A stretch of 64,000 nt of DNA from Haliotis rufescens (GCF_023055435.1 NW_025963779.1:21266001-21330000); one strand, 5' to 3'. Counted from the first letter of the stretch, positions 1 through 12,401 are shown. The notes: generated from the sequence alone by a model not told the origin. Numbers and translations are program-made.

Positions 1-862
1 GTGGGAGACGAGGTGCTGCACTGCCTTCCTCCAGGTGGGAGACGAGGTGGTGCACTGCCTTCCTCCAGGTGGGAGACGAGGTGCTGCACTGCCTTCCTCC
101 AGGTGGGAGACGAGGTGCTGCACTGCCTTCCTCCAGGTGGGAGACGAGGTGCTGCACTGCCTTCCTCCAGGTGGGAGACGAGGTGGTGGTGCACTGCCTT
201 CCTCCAGGTGGGAGATGAGGTGGTGGTGCACTGCCTTCCTCCAGGTGGGAGATGAGGTGGTGCACTGCCTTCCTCCAGGTGGGAGATGAGGTGGTGCACT
301 GCCTTCCTCCAGGTGGGAGATGAGGTGGTGCACTGCCTTCCTCCAGGTGGGAGACGAGGTGGTGCACTGCCTTCCTCCAGGTGGGAGATGAGGTGGTGCA
401 CTGCCTTCCTCCAGGTGGGAGACGAGGTGGTGCACTGCCTTCCTCCAGGTGGGAGACGAGGTGCTGCACTGCCTTCCTCCAGGTGGGAGATGAGGTGGTG
501 GTGCACTGCCTTCCTCCAGGTGGGAGATGAGGTGGTGGTGCACTGCCTTCCTCCAGGTGGGAGACGAGGTGGTGCTGCACTGCCTTCCTCTAGGTGGGAG
601 ACGAGGTGCTGCACTGCCTTCCTCCAGGTGGGAGATGAGGTGGTGCACTGCCTTCCTCCAGGTGGGAGACGAGGTGGTGCACTGCCTTCCTCCAGGTGGG
701 AGATGAGGTGGTGGTGCACTGCCTTCCTCCAGGTGGGAGACGAGGTGGTGCACTGCCTTCCTCTAGGTGGGAGACGAGGTGGTGCACTGCCTTCCTCCAG
801 GTGGGAGACGAGGTGGTGCACTGCCTTCCTCCAGGTGGGAGACGAGGTGCTGCACTGCCTTC
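1..862. repeat. 34/37-bp minisatellite (GTGGGAGAYGAGGTG(GTG)STGCACTGCCTTCCTCCAG), ~24 copies, runs off the left edge; a further ~1.5 copies at 2238-2288
   Basis: Tandem periodicity is directly visible; the overlapping ORFs are repeat translations. Confidence 0.97.
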
Positions 863-1204
863 ATCTGAATTAAAATAGATGCTTGGGTCGCTGTATTCGA
901 AAATACTGATTTTTTTACTAAACATGAAATGTTACCTTTCATCCTGGGTCCCGTATATATTTTATGACACTTCTATCATTCGCGGACAGTGTGAAAATGT
1001 TTTGTGGCCGAAGCGCTCGTAAATGGATATTCTCACAGTACAAACGAATACTTTCTGTGGCTTTGTGCTTGTACATGGTGTTGTCCAGAAACAAAATAGT
1101 GACTTTTAGCAAGTGTGGTCTGTTGGTGTTCATGAAATAGTTTAGTTTCAACTATAGTGGTTTTACTTTTAAATCTGCCCAGGCACACTTTCACAAAACG
1201 ATCA

Positions 1205-1343
1205 AAGCGATCAACAATTCTCCAGCAATTTCACGGCGGTGGACACCAGACTTGGGCTTCACACATTGTACTCATGTTGGAAATCGAACCCGGATCTTCG
1301 GCGTGTCGGGCGAACGCTTTAACCACAAGGCTACCCCACCGTT
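1205..1343 (-). mobile_element. tRNA-headed SINE, family A (diverged copy)
   Basis: Reverse complement of the 16491-16653 element, including the B box GGTTCGATTTC and the GGGTACAATGTGTGAAGCCC-type body. Confidence 0.8.
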
Positions 1344-1641
1344 CTTGAACTGCCCAAATTGAAGATATGCCAATTTACCATAAACCTGTATATAGTGTCA
1401 GTCCTTTACTCAAGAACAGATTTTGAGTTGCCTAGTTAAGGTAAGGATGGCGTCTGATGACGTCTTGTGTATTGCATGGATGCCATACTTGCACACACAT
1501 CGAACAAAGGAGTTTGCAGGCCATGTAATGGATGTTATGTGTAGAACCGTCTCCTTGAACAAAGTATGGCTGTGTTGAGGGCGGGGCATGTGGTAATATG
1601 TGAGCGAGATTGTATTGATGCTGCTTTGAACAGTGTTTCAG

Positions 1642-1704
1642 CTTTTGTCGCAGCCGTACTCAGTGCTCTGCTACAATAAGTTCTCCCTGACCAACTTCTG
1701 CGTT
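1642..1704 (+). CDS. possible internal coding exon of an unidentified gene (LLSQPYSVLCYNKFSLTNFCV)
   Basis: TTTCAG acceptor, GTAAGT donor, 63 nt open. No family recognised, and its phase does not join directly to 2054-2194. Confidence 0.25.
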
Positions 1705-2053
1705 GTAAGTAAGTTTTATAAGCGTCCACTACAAAGACCGAATATTTGCATGCAAGTTCTTGTGTATAGATCATTTTTTACAGAAAATAGCAGCACAGAA
1801 GGGGTATATAATTGTCTTGTAACTATTATGAAAAATGGTTTAGTTTCATCAAATAATGAATAAGGTTTGTTCCCCACCGTCTGATCTCTGAAGTGTCCCC
1901 CGTTGTCAAGTTTGTAAGCGATTATTAATGCAAATACAGTATCCCCGTGTTATGGGTTTTCGGGGAACGTTAAGAATCATTCCTAATGTCTCGTTAATCA
2001 CCAAAAAATGTGATCTCACTCGCTCATAAAAGACGACTTTATCTTAAAAACAG

Positions 2054-2194
2054 GCCATCATCTGAGTATTTACAATGTCTGTACAACGCCACACACCTTG
2101 TTATTGCGCGAATAATCGCCCTAAACATGGCCAACCGAAAACGTATCATGACCAAGAACCTGATCCGACTTCTTATCACTGAGAGACAGCTTAG
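2054..2194 (+). CDS. probable internal coding exon of an unidentified gene (PSSEYLQCLYNATHLVIARIIALNMANRKRIMTKNLIRLLITERQL)
   Basis: CAG acceptor with weak pyrimidine tract, strong AG|GTGAGC donor, 141 nt, symmetric phase 2-2, open frame. Not KIF13-like; family not recognised. Confidence 0.4.
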
Positions 2195-2472
2195 GTGAGC
2201 TCGTCTCCGATGTTGACCAGCTTGGTGAAACCCTTGAGCACTGCCTTCCTCTAGGTGGGAGACGAGGTGGTGGTGCACTGCCTTCCTCCCACTCACTCAC
2301 TCACTGCAACCCCATGATGTGGTTCGGAGCTCACACTGTCTACTCACTCACTGCAACCCCAAGATGTGGTTGAGTGCTCATACTCTCCACTCACTGCAAC
2401 CCCAAGATGTGGTTCAGTGCCCACACTGTAGCCCATTGGTGTACCTGTTCCAGTTCTCAGTGTGCAGGCAGC

Positions 2473-2958
2473 TCTGTATGTCAACCCTGTTCTGTATGTC
2501 ACCCCTGTTCTGTATGTCACCCCTGTTCTGTATGTCACCCCTGTTCTGTATGTCACCCCTGTTCTATATGTCACCCTGTTCTGTATGTCACCCCTGTTCT
2601 GTATGTCACCCCTGTTCTGTATGTCAACCCTGTTCTGTATGTCAACCTTCTTCTGTATGCACCCCTGTTCTGTATGTCACCCCTGTTCTATATGTCACCC
2701 TGTTCTGTATGTCACCCCTGTTCTGTATGTCAACCTTGTTCTGTATGTCAACCCTGTTCTGTATGTCACCCCTGTTCTGTATGTCACCCTGTTCTGTATG
2801 CACCCCTGTTCTGTATGTCACCCCTGTTCTATATGTCACCCTGTTCTGTATGTCACCCCTGTTCTGTATGTCAACCTTGTTCTGTATGTCAACCCTGTTC
2901 TGTATGTCAACCCTGTTCTGTATGTCAACCTTCTTCTGTATGTCACCCCTGTTCTGTA
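2473..2958. repeat. 18-19-bp minisatellite (CTGTATGTCACCCCTGTT), ~26 copies
   Basis: Tandem periodicity; ends a few bp before the KIF13 acceptor at 2966. Confidence 0.97.
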
Positions 2959-2966
2959 CACTGCAG

Positions 2967-3096
2967 CGGAGGACATGAGCACCCCCAGTGCCAAGTAAGG
3001 CTCCCAAGCTGCTGGTATCAACTCCATCCTCCCCAGGAACATGGAGCCCAGTTTGTCTCATTGCCGATCATCAAGAGCTTCACTGAAAAGGAAAAT
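2967..3096 (+). pseudogene. KIF13: KIF13A/B (kinesin-3) stalk exon with in-frame TAA and a 1-nt deletion
   Basis: CTGCAG acceptor, GTGAGT donor. Reads AEDMSTPSAK*GSQAAGINSILP/[K]EHGAQFVSLPIIKSFTEKEN, matching KIF13A ASGVNSILPKEHGSQFFYLPIIK. TAA at 2996-2998; frameshift near 3034. Confidence 0.85.
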
Positions 3097-3229
3097 GTGA
3101 GTTGGATTGATGTCTTATTGTCACCAAATATTATTGAATAATCTTCAGAAAAAAGCCTAAAAGCCATTTTATTTGGTTTCCTTCCTATGTGAAAATTAGG
3201 CATTGAACTTTGATGCTATGCATCTTTAG

Positions 3230-3454
3230 GTATGTGCACTGGTATCCTGGGATTCCTCCATCCACGACTCTCCCCACCTGAACCGATTAACGCCCGCCAA
3301 CGAGAGGATATATGTCATCCTAAAGGCAGTTGTCCGCCTGAGTCACCCCGCATCCATGGAGCTGGTCCTCCGCAAGCGAGTCTGCATCAACATCTACAAG
3401 AAGCAAAGCCTGTCCTCCTTCACCAACATCCTCAAGAACAGGTTCATCGGAGGG
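3230..3454 (+). CDS. KIF13: KIF13A/B stalk exon
   Basis: TTTAG acceptor, GG|GTAGGT donor, 225 nt, phase 0-0. VSWDSSIHDSPHLNRLTPANERIYVILKAVVRLSHPASMELVLRKRVCINIYKKQS closely matches KIF13A ASWDSSVHDSVHLNRVTPQNERIYLIVKTTVQLSHPAAMELVLRKRI. Confidence 0.93.
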
Positions 3455-3807
3455 GTAGGTGTAGACTGAACTGTGTCATCAGAGTGATAGGTACATGGGT
3501 TCATCGGAGGGGTAGGTGTAGACTGAACTGTGTCATCAGGGGGATAGGTACATGGGTTCATCGGAGGGGTAGGTGTAGGCTGAACTGTGTCATCAGAGGG
3601 ACAGGTACATGGGTTCATCGGAGGGGTAGGTGTAGACTGAAATGTGTCATCAGAGGGATAGGTACATGGGTTCATCGGAGGGGTAGGTGTAGACTGAAGT
3701 GTGTCATCAGAGGGATAGATACATGGGTTCATCGGAGGGGTAGGTACATGGGTTCATCTGAGGGGTAGGTGTAGACTGAACTGTGTTATCAGGGGGATAG
3801 GTACATG
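3440..3807 (+). repeat. 57-bp minisatellite that copies the KIF13 exon end plus splice donor, ~6 copies
   Basis: Unit GGGTTCATCGGAGGG|GTAGGTGTAGACTGAACTGTGTCATCAGAGGGATAGGTACAT; its reverse complement continues at 15060-15366. Confidence 0.95.
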
Positions 3808-5524
3808 TTACTACCATGTTCTTCACGGAAGAAACGAGACAATAGTTTAAACGTACGCTTAGCCGAGTTACCATTGGTACTAGAACGGAGGTTAAGGAAG
3901 CTCGGGCGGGCTCCAAGGGGAATAACTCTTCATCAGAGGATGACATTCAATCGTCATGGTAACAAAATATGAAAGCATGATATGGTTATCTATGTTGTCA
4001 AGGAAACTTAAATCGGAAGAAGCACAGACAAGGCAGATCTGCCAAGTTAACAGTGAAAACAAATGTATGACAAAGCATGAAATAAATGACATGTTGTCAT
4101 GGGAACAGTTGGAAGAAACAAAATGAACGTGTATATATAGTTGGTGACAACAGCAATATGAAGCATCTAATTGAGGTGGCAATCCTAGACTTAGTATCAA
4201 GCTTGCACAAGGCGGTGGGAAGACACAGTAACAAGCAGTTCCTTGGCAAAACAAAACAAAGAAGCATCAAACATGATAAAAGTCTGCAGGAAAACCCTAC
4301 ACTGTATTAGTATCTGGTAAATGTGAGTAATATGTCGACTTGTGCATGAAGGAAGTCTCCTGGCATGCACCAGTTGGTTGTAGGAACGCACCAGGAACGC
4401 ACCAGGAACGCACCAGGAACGAACTGTTTAGGCTGGAGGGTCCAGCAGGGAATATGGACACATGACACTATGTACAGACTGTATGTAAGTCAAGGGAGAA
4501 TCTCTGTCAGACAATATTGCGGTTTGTTATGACCGAGTGTCAATATGGCCACATCAGTCTATCGGCTGCATGTAATCTAATTAAGTCATTGCATAATCTC
4601 TGTCAGGCAATATTGCTAATAAGAATTGATTTTAATATCTTTAGCATTTATGGAGGAATAAATGTAAAAATCAGGGTGCAGAATGCGTAAAGATGCTCTG
4701 TCAGGGCAATGTTGCAGTATCTTGTAACAGTGTCTGAGAGGAAATATGGACACATGGTCAACTGAATGTATGTAACTAAAATCATGGTAATATTTCTGTC
4801 AGGATAATAGTGCACTTTGTTTTGACTGTGGGTCAATATGGACACATCAGACTACAATGATATGTAACCGAGGTCATGGAATATCTCTGTCAGGGTAACA
4901 TTGCAGTATGTCATAGCTGCATGTATTTTAAAATGTGACTAATCTCAAGTCATCCTCACTTATCAGGGACTTGACCAGCAAGAAAATGCAGAGACAAGTT
5001 TTACATTTTCTGACCAGCTGGTACAGGAATTTACCTGGGCATTATCAAAAGCCGATATTCAATCCAAAGTCAATGGAATGCAACGGAAATGGACAAATAA
5101 AATCCTAAATTGGAATTAAAGATATCCCAATTCAATTACCATAAATGTTAACTTTATATGTTATACATAGCTTTGCATATTTGACATACTTGAAATGTTT
5201 GCACTGAATTCAACGTTAGAATCCTGATGAATAAAATATAAGAACCATACAAACATTTCCAATGTAGGAAATAAATAAATGTTTCTTTTCTCCAAATTTG
5301 CCTTTCCCCATCAAAGCCAAGATTATTCCTATACTTGTTTCCTGCTTCCATAGTTCAATTTCAAAGCAAAGGGTATATAATACATAACACCAAGGTGCAA
5401 GTTTATGTGGTGCCAAGCTCCATGTATAGGCACTGGGTGACTGGTCACCGGTCACATTGGTCAGATGATATCACATGACACACTGGACAAGAAATTTCTT
5501 CCCATCCAATCACAGAGCTTTCGC

Positions 5525-6105
5525 CCATCACATAAAAATCAGATCTTAGTGCTCACTACCGCTAAACAGGTCTGAGGACATCCCATTACAAGTCACGTCA
5601 GAACGACATTTCGCGAACTTTGACCTACAAATGAAATGACAAACAAGAAGTCAACATTAGCCAATCAGAAAGCCTCTTTTTTGAGCTACATGGCACTAGT
5701 TTCAAACTACGCTTTGAAATATATTTTGACACAGTGTTGGATTCAAATTTTGAAAACTGAAGAAAAGATCATTCTGGAATGTCTAATAGATGGCCTAGAT
5801 TGTATGGCTGTACTTCCAACAGACTATGCATTGTCTCTTCTGTTTCAAATGCTTATCCCATTGAAGCGAGAGATAGACAATGATTTTGACGAAATCAGTC
5901 ATACAGCCCACAACTTTTGTTCTGAATACGTGTTTTAGAGGCTGTGCATGATTAGAAAACACATTCTGACTGTCCCTTTCCTGATCTGGTAAGTAATCTT
6001 CTGATTGCTCGGATGAAAGATCGTTTTGATGTGACCCGTAATGGGATGTCCTCAGATCTTTGTTTTGCGGTAGCGAGAACTAAGATCTGACTTTAAATGA
6101 GTTTG
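5525..6105 (+). mobile_element. non-autonomous TIR element with a RecQ-type helicase remnant (AcademH-like)
   Basis: Imperfect TIRs of ~75 bp (AAAATCAGATCTTAGTGCTCACTACCGC...GAGGACATCCCATTAC and GTAATGGGATGTCCTC...GCGGTAGCGAGAACTAAGATCTGA). Internal LKTEEKIILECLIDGLDCMAVLPTDYALSLLFQ resembles RecQ motif 0/I (LPTGYGKSLxFQ). Confidence 0.7.
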
Positions 6106-6904
6106 GAACATTCCCAGTAATACCCACTCATATTCAGAGAACAATCCAACTACCCCAAAAAACAACAACCCCGAAATGTTTTAAATATGTTCCAGAAGTT
6201 AAGATGTTAGAGAGAGAGGTGGGGATTATTTCTGACAGAGACTGTTAATCTCATGCAGAAACTACATGCATGAAAACCTTGCGTGGAAAACAACTTACGA
6301 AAACAGAACCTTGCAAATGTAAACAGCTCTGTAAAGATGATACATGCTGCCATGAACATCGAGACATGAGGCAATGAAGTGGGTCTCTCACCAGACTCGG
6401 AACTTACACCACTGTGGGGACTATTGCTAAATGTGACAAGGTTTTGCCACTCACGTCTTTGTATTCAACTACAGTGACAATGGTCCTTAATTTCATAAAT
6501 AAGGATAGTCATGATTTAAGTTTAAAAAGTAATTTTAACTTTTTCTTAGTAATTGTTGTTCTTAGTGTGAAGATTGTTTTTTATTAATAGTGATAATCAT
6601 GAACATTTATTAAAAGTTTGGTTCAAAAGAGTGAACATTATTTAAAAAAAGTGTCTGAGTTCAAATTTTCTTTGAAATAGTCCGTGAAATGAAGTTTGGG
6701 TTACATGATGTTGGATGTGCTTGTGTTGTGTAGGAGTGTAGTTAGCAATGAGAGTGCAGAGACACGTTCCACCAAGCAACCTCAGCACCAGGAGTTCTAA
6801 GTTTACCTGGTGGAAGGGAACCAGGGAGTATCAATACCTCATGGGTTTGTATACACTATGTTCCCCCATCATTATGATAACATACTGGTGTGATGTACTG
6901 TAGT

Positions 6905-9900
6905 CATGTGGAGCCTTGTGGCTGCCTGCTCTACATGGCCTTGAGGCTGCCTGCTCTACATGGCCTTGTGGCTGCCTGCTCTACATGGCCTTGTGGCTGC
7001 CTGCTCTACATGGCCTTGAGGCTGCCTGATCTACATGGCCCTGTGGCTGCCTGCTCTACATGGCCTTGTGGCTGCCTGCTCTACATGGCCTTGAGGCTGC
7101 CTGATCTACATGGCCTTGTGGCTGCCTGCTCTACATGGCCTTGTGGCTGCCTGCTCTACATGGCCTTGAGGCTGCCTGATCTACATGGCCCTGTGGCTGC
7201 CTGCTCTACATGGCCTTGTGGCTGCCTGCTCTACATGGCCTTGAGGCTGCCTGATCTACATGGCCCTGTGGCTGCCTTTTCTACATGGCCTTGAGGCTGC
7301 CTGCTCTACATGGCCTTGAGGCTGCCTGATCTACATGGCCTTGTGGCTGCCTGATCTACATGGCCTTGAGGATGAGTGCTCTGCATGACCTTGAGACTGC
7401 CTGCGCTACATGGCCTTGTGGATGCCTGATCTACATGGCCTTGTGGCTGCCTGCTCTACATGGCCTTATGGATGCCTGCTCTACATGGCCTTGTGGATGC
7501 CTGCTCTACATGGCCTTGTGGCTGCCTGCTCTACATGGCCTTGTGGCTGCCTGATCTACCTTGCCTTGTAGCTGCCTGATCTACATGGCCTTGAGGATGA
7601 GTGCTCTGCATGACCTTGTGGATGCCTGCTCTACATGGCCTTGTGGCTGCCTGATCTACATGGCCTTGAGGCTGCCTGCTCTACACGGCCTTGTGGATGC
7701 CTGCTCGACATGGCCTTGTGGATGCCTGCTCGACATGGCCTTCAGGCTGCCTGATCTACATGGCCTTGTTGCTGCATGTTCACATGGCCTCGTGGATACC
7801 TGCTCTACACGGCCTTGTGGATGCCTGCTCTACATGGCCTTGTGACTGCCTGATCTACATGGCCTTGTGGCTGCCTGATCTACATGGCCTTGTGGCTGCC
7901 TGCTCTACACGGCCTTGTGGATACCTGCTCTACACAGCCTTGTGGATGCCTGCTCTACATGGCCTTGTGGCTGCCTGATTTACATGGCCTTGTGGCTGCA
8001 TGATCATCATGGCATTGAGGCTGCCTGATCTACATAGCCTTGAGGCTGCCTGCTCTACATGGCCTTTTGGCTATCTGATCTACACAGCCTTGTGGCTATC
8101 TGATCTACACAGCCTTGTTGCTATCTGATCTACACAGCCTTGTGGCTATCTGATCTACACAGCCTTGTGGCTATCTGATCTACAGCCTTGTGGCTATCTG
8201 ATCTACACAGCCTTTTGGCAATCTGATCTACACAGCCTTTTGGCTATCTGATCTACACAGCCTTGTGGCTATCTGATCTACACATCCTTTTGGCTATCTG
8301 ATCTACACAGCCTTGTGGCTATCTGATCTACACAGCCTTGTGGCTATCTGATCAACACAGCCTTGTGGCTATCTGATCTACACAGCCTTTTGGCTATCTG
8401 ATCTACACAGCCTTGTGGCTATCTGATCTACACAGCCTTTTGGCTATCTGATCTACATGGCCTTTTGGCTATCTGATCTACACAGCCTTGTGGCTATCTG
8501 ATCTACACAGCCTTTTGGCTATCTGATCTACACAGCCTTGTGGCTATCTGATCTACACAGCCTTTTGGCTATCTGATCTACACAGCCTTGTGGCTATCTG
8601 ATCAACACAGTCTGCGGCTATCTGATCTACACAGCCTTGTGGCTATCTGATCTACACAGTCTGCAGCTATCTGATCTACACAGCCTTGTGGCTATCTGAT
8701 CTACACAGCCTTTTGGCTATCTGATCTACACAGCCTTGTGGCTATCTGATCTACACAGCCTTGTGGCTATCTGATCTACACAGTCTGCGGCTATCTGATC
8801 TACACAGCCTTGTGGCTATCTGATCTACATGGCCTTTTGGCTATCTGATCTACACAGCCTTGTGGCTATCTGATCTACATGGCCTTTTGGCTATCTGATC
8901 TACACAGCCTTGTAGCTATCTGATCTACACAGCCTTGTGGCTATCTGATCTACACAGTCTGCGGCTATCTGATCTACACAGCCTTGTGGCTATCTGATCT
9001 ACATGGCCTTTTGGCTATCTGATCTACACAGCCTTGTGGCTATCTGATCTACATGGCATTTTGGCTATCTGATCTACACAGCCTTGTGGCTATCTGATCT
9101 ACACAGCCTTGTGGCTATCTGATCTACACAGCCTTTTGGCTATCTGATCTGCACAGCCTTTTGGCTATCTGATCTACACAGCCTTGTGGCTATCTGATCT
9201 ACACAGCCTTTTGGCTATCTGATCTACACAGCCTTGTGGCTATCTGATCAACACAGTCTGCGGCTATCTGATCTACACAGCCTTGTGGCTATCTGATCTA
9301 CACAGTCTGCGGCTATCTGATCTACACAGCCTTGTGGCTATCTGATCTACAGCCTTTTGGCTATCTGATCTACACAGCCTTGTGGCTATCTGATCTACAC
9401 AGCCTTGTGGCTATCTGATCTACACAGTCTGCGGCTATCTGATCTACACAGCCTTGTGGCTATCTGATCTACACAGCCTTTTGGCTATCTGATCTACACA
9501 GCCTTGTGGCTATCTGATCTACATGGCCTTTTGGCTATCTGATCTACACAGCCTTGTAGCTATCTGATCTACACAGCCTTGTGGCTATCTGATCTACACA
9601 GTCTGTGGCTATCTGATCTACACAGCCTTGTGGCTATCTGATCTACATGGCCTTTTGGCTATCTGATCTACACAGCCTTGTGGCTATCTGATCTACATGG
9701 CATTTTGGCTATCTGATCTACACAGCCTTGTGGCTATCTGATCTACACAGCCTTGTGGCTATCTGATCTACACAGCCTTTTGGCTATCTGATCTGCACAG
9801 CCTTTTGGCTATCTGATCTACACAGCCTTGTGGCTATCTGATCTACACAGCCTTTTGGCTATCTGATCTACACAGCCTTGTGGCTATCTGATCTACACAG

Positions 9901-10047
9901 CCTTTTGGCAATCTGATCTACATGGCCTTGTGACTGCATGATCTACACAGCCTTGTGGCTATCTGATCTACATGGCCTTGTGGCTATCTGATCTACATGG
10001 CCTTGTGACTGCATGATCTACACAGCCTTGTGGCTGCCTGATCTACA
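6905..10047. repeat. 25-bp minisatellite, ~125 copies, two sequence domains (GGCTGCCTGCTCTACATGGCCTTGT then GGCTATCTGATCTACACAGCCTTGT)
   Basis: Tandem periodicity; variant switch near 8065. Confidence 0.97.
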
Positions 10048-11109
10048 CCTTGCTTGCAAGTGAGGCAATGGATGGGTTCCTTACTACACCACAGAGTAGC
10101 TGTATGTTTTCACAGGAGATGGAGGAAGGTAGTGTTTACACCCCCCAAGTGTTGATGGGGACCATGACAAGGGGACGTGGATGATCTGTGAGTGTTAACA
10201 GCTGATATGAGCAATGTGAGAACCAACTGAAGTCAGCAATGTGAGAACCAACTGAGGTCAGCGATGTGAGAACCAACTGAGGTCAGCGATGTGAGAACCA
10301 ACTTAAATGTGAGAACCAACTTAAATGTGCCTGATTGAGGAGTTAGACTGTCAGTGCGACATCAGCAAATACAACCACTTCTAATTGGTCAGTAAACTCT
10401 ACAGATGAATTAAAATAAAATTGCATATACCAAATTTTTTTGAAAAATTGCTTGTTCAAAGTCATGAAAAACATAACCTTAATAATCTATATATGAACTG
10501 AAGAATAAGTTAACATTTTGAACTTTATCATCATTGGATTGTCAATATTGAGGACAAAATTAACGTCCTTGAGTATAGAAGCAAGAAAAGTAACTACACT
10601 GTTTATTTGCATTAAATTGATAGCTTTACATAATACAACAAAATGTAGGCATAGCCTTAAAACAAGATATGATTCTGTATCAGCCCTAGAAGCATAAACA
10701 TTTGAGGCAAGCGAGCATATAACCATGGCGACCATACACACAGGAAGTGGGTGAAGAATCATGGGATACATCGTTGACGAAGCAATATCGCATGTTATAA
10801 AATTTGATGTAGTGGAGGTACATGAAATAACAAAAAATTCCAGAATAACTACAATTCAGTCATCATCTCCCTAGATATGCGAAATCAATTTACAGACGTC
10901 GTCGAAAACAAATGAAAGCAAATGTTCTGATCTACGCTAGGATTTTGAGGGTGATTTTGATGTGACCTGCCTACTTGTGTATTGACTGCGAAACAATGCG
11001 GAGACTTGAAGCCGTCTATACACTTGGCGGTGTGCAATAATCAAGCTGAACTTAAAATAGTTGCTGCCAAACAAAAACAGAAATTGGGTGACACTGTCAG
11101 TTAACCCAC

Positions 11110-11275
11110 CTAGGCCGACCGAAAGCTTTTTAAGACGACCCACTTCCCTGCGGTAAGACGCGATCATGGACTCGTTCACGTCGGAAAATGCTCGTTGCCG
11201 AAACTCACCCGCAAAAGTCGGGGATTTTGACAATGCGGCATCACTGGTGAGATCCTGGATGCTGTCAGCTCGCAT
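11110..11275 (-). CDS. KIF13: KIF13 tail exon (MRADSIQDLTSD...), with two candidate donors (exon end 11209 or 11110)
   Basis: TTGCAG acceptor, phase 0, continuing from the 12336-12368 exon. Donors GG|GTGAGT and AG|GTGGGT are both phase 1 and 99 nt apart with an open frame. Assigned mainly by order and phase. Confidence 0.65.
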
Positions 11276-11699
11276 CTGCAACAGGAAGGAGAACATGACA
11301 CAGGCTTGGATATGGTTTAACCCTGGGAAGGAATGGACTTTTGTGCATGGTGTGCATAATTATAGATTATAAATCACTAAGGAAAGCATTTAATTCAACC
11401 CCACAAACTCCCTGATAGTTTAGCGAGGCAACAAACAAATGGCGTCGGTAACACTGCATCTCTGACGAAACACGTGGTCAAAGCTCTACACAATTCATAA
11501 AATTCATCATGTGACAATATTAACTGTATTGCAGAAAGACATTGTGGTATTTCGAGTTCCTAAGAAATAATGGTGTACATGCAATTAGCTCCCTACAGCT
11601 TCACGTGATCGGTGCATGAACAGTTAACAATTTGATCTCCGTGATATTTTATACACGCACATAATTTGTGAAAAAAATGTAAATTTTAGGCCCAAAAGT

Positions 11700-12297
11700 G
11701 TAATTTTAGATTTAAAAGCGTAATGGTTGGCATCCCTGTCATCCTAATGATTTGAACAAAACATAAGGCCATCATAAGAAGAAACATACACGACAAAGTC
11801 CAGCTCCCCAGTCTGTCAATTTCAGAGAAGATGATTCCAGTGCAAAAAATGTATTTTGAGGGAACTTTAACATGCAGGAATAGCTGAGTGGCTATATATA
11901 GCTGCCAATGGTGGCCATATTGAAAATCAGAATAAAAACTTCTTCAAATTCAGATGTGATCATTGGTAGAAAAAAGCATGGGAAGAGCAGTGGTCTCTGG
12001 GGAGATGATGTTTACAGAGAGAGGGTGCATTTTTGGAGAGAATTGTAAAGCACGGTTCAAAGTGCAAACGTCCAACAAAGTTAAAATTTTAAAAATCGCA
12101 AAAGCGAAATATGTGTGTTAAGACGCAGTACTAACTACAAACTTGAACCCCTTTACAAATCTACACAAAATTCTCCTGAATTCATAAAAATATTTTGGAG
12201 ATGAAGTCAAAAATGTTAAAAGTTTATGGCCGACATCAGACATTAGACGACTTGCTATGTCATAAGCTCTCATGGCCTTTCAGGCTGGGTGAGCTAT
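11700..12297 (+). mobile_element. probable Helentron/HINE-like (DINE-1-type) non-autonomous element remnant
   Basis: 3' end ATAAGCTCTCATGGCCTTTTCAGGCTGGGTGAGCTA hairpin and GGTGGCCATATTG core resemble mollusc HINE-type repeats; left boundary uncertain. Confidence 0.35.
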
Positions 12298-12335
12298 TTA
12301 TCTATTTAAAACAGAGAGGGCCTAGAGAGTGTTAC

Positions 12336-12368
12336 CTGATCTTCAAGCTTGGTGGGTGAGGTTAGCAT
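12336..12368 (-). CDS. KIF13: KIF13 33-nt micro-exon (MLTSPTKLEDQ)
   Basis: CTTCCACAG acceptor, CAG|GTAAC donor, phase 0-0, lies between the 13273 and 11275 exons. Confidence 0.6.
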
Positions 12369-12401
12369 CTGTGGAAGCAAGAAGATTTGTTTGAGAAGAC
12401 C

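Noticed and set aside
5636-5938. Host RecQ/WRN helicase gene
   Set aside because: Walker A is degenerate and the fragment is enclosed by TIRs, so it is a transposon remnant.
10116-10187. Exon-like segment on + (TTTTCACAG ... GTGAGT)
   Set aside because: Stops in all three frames.
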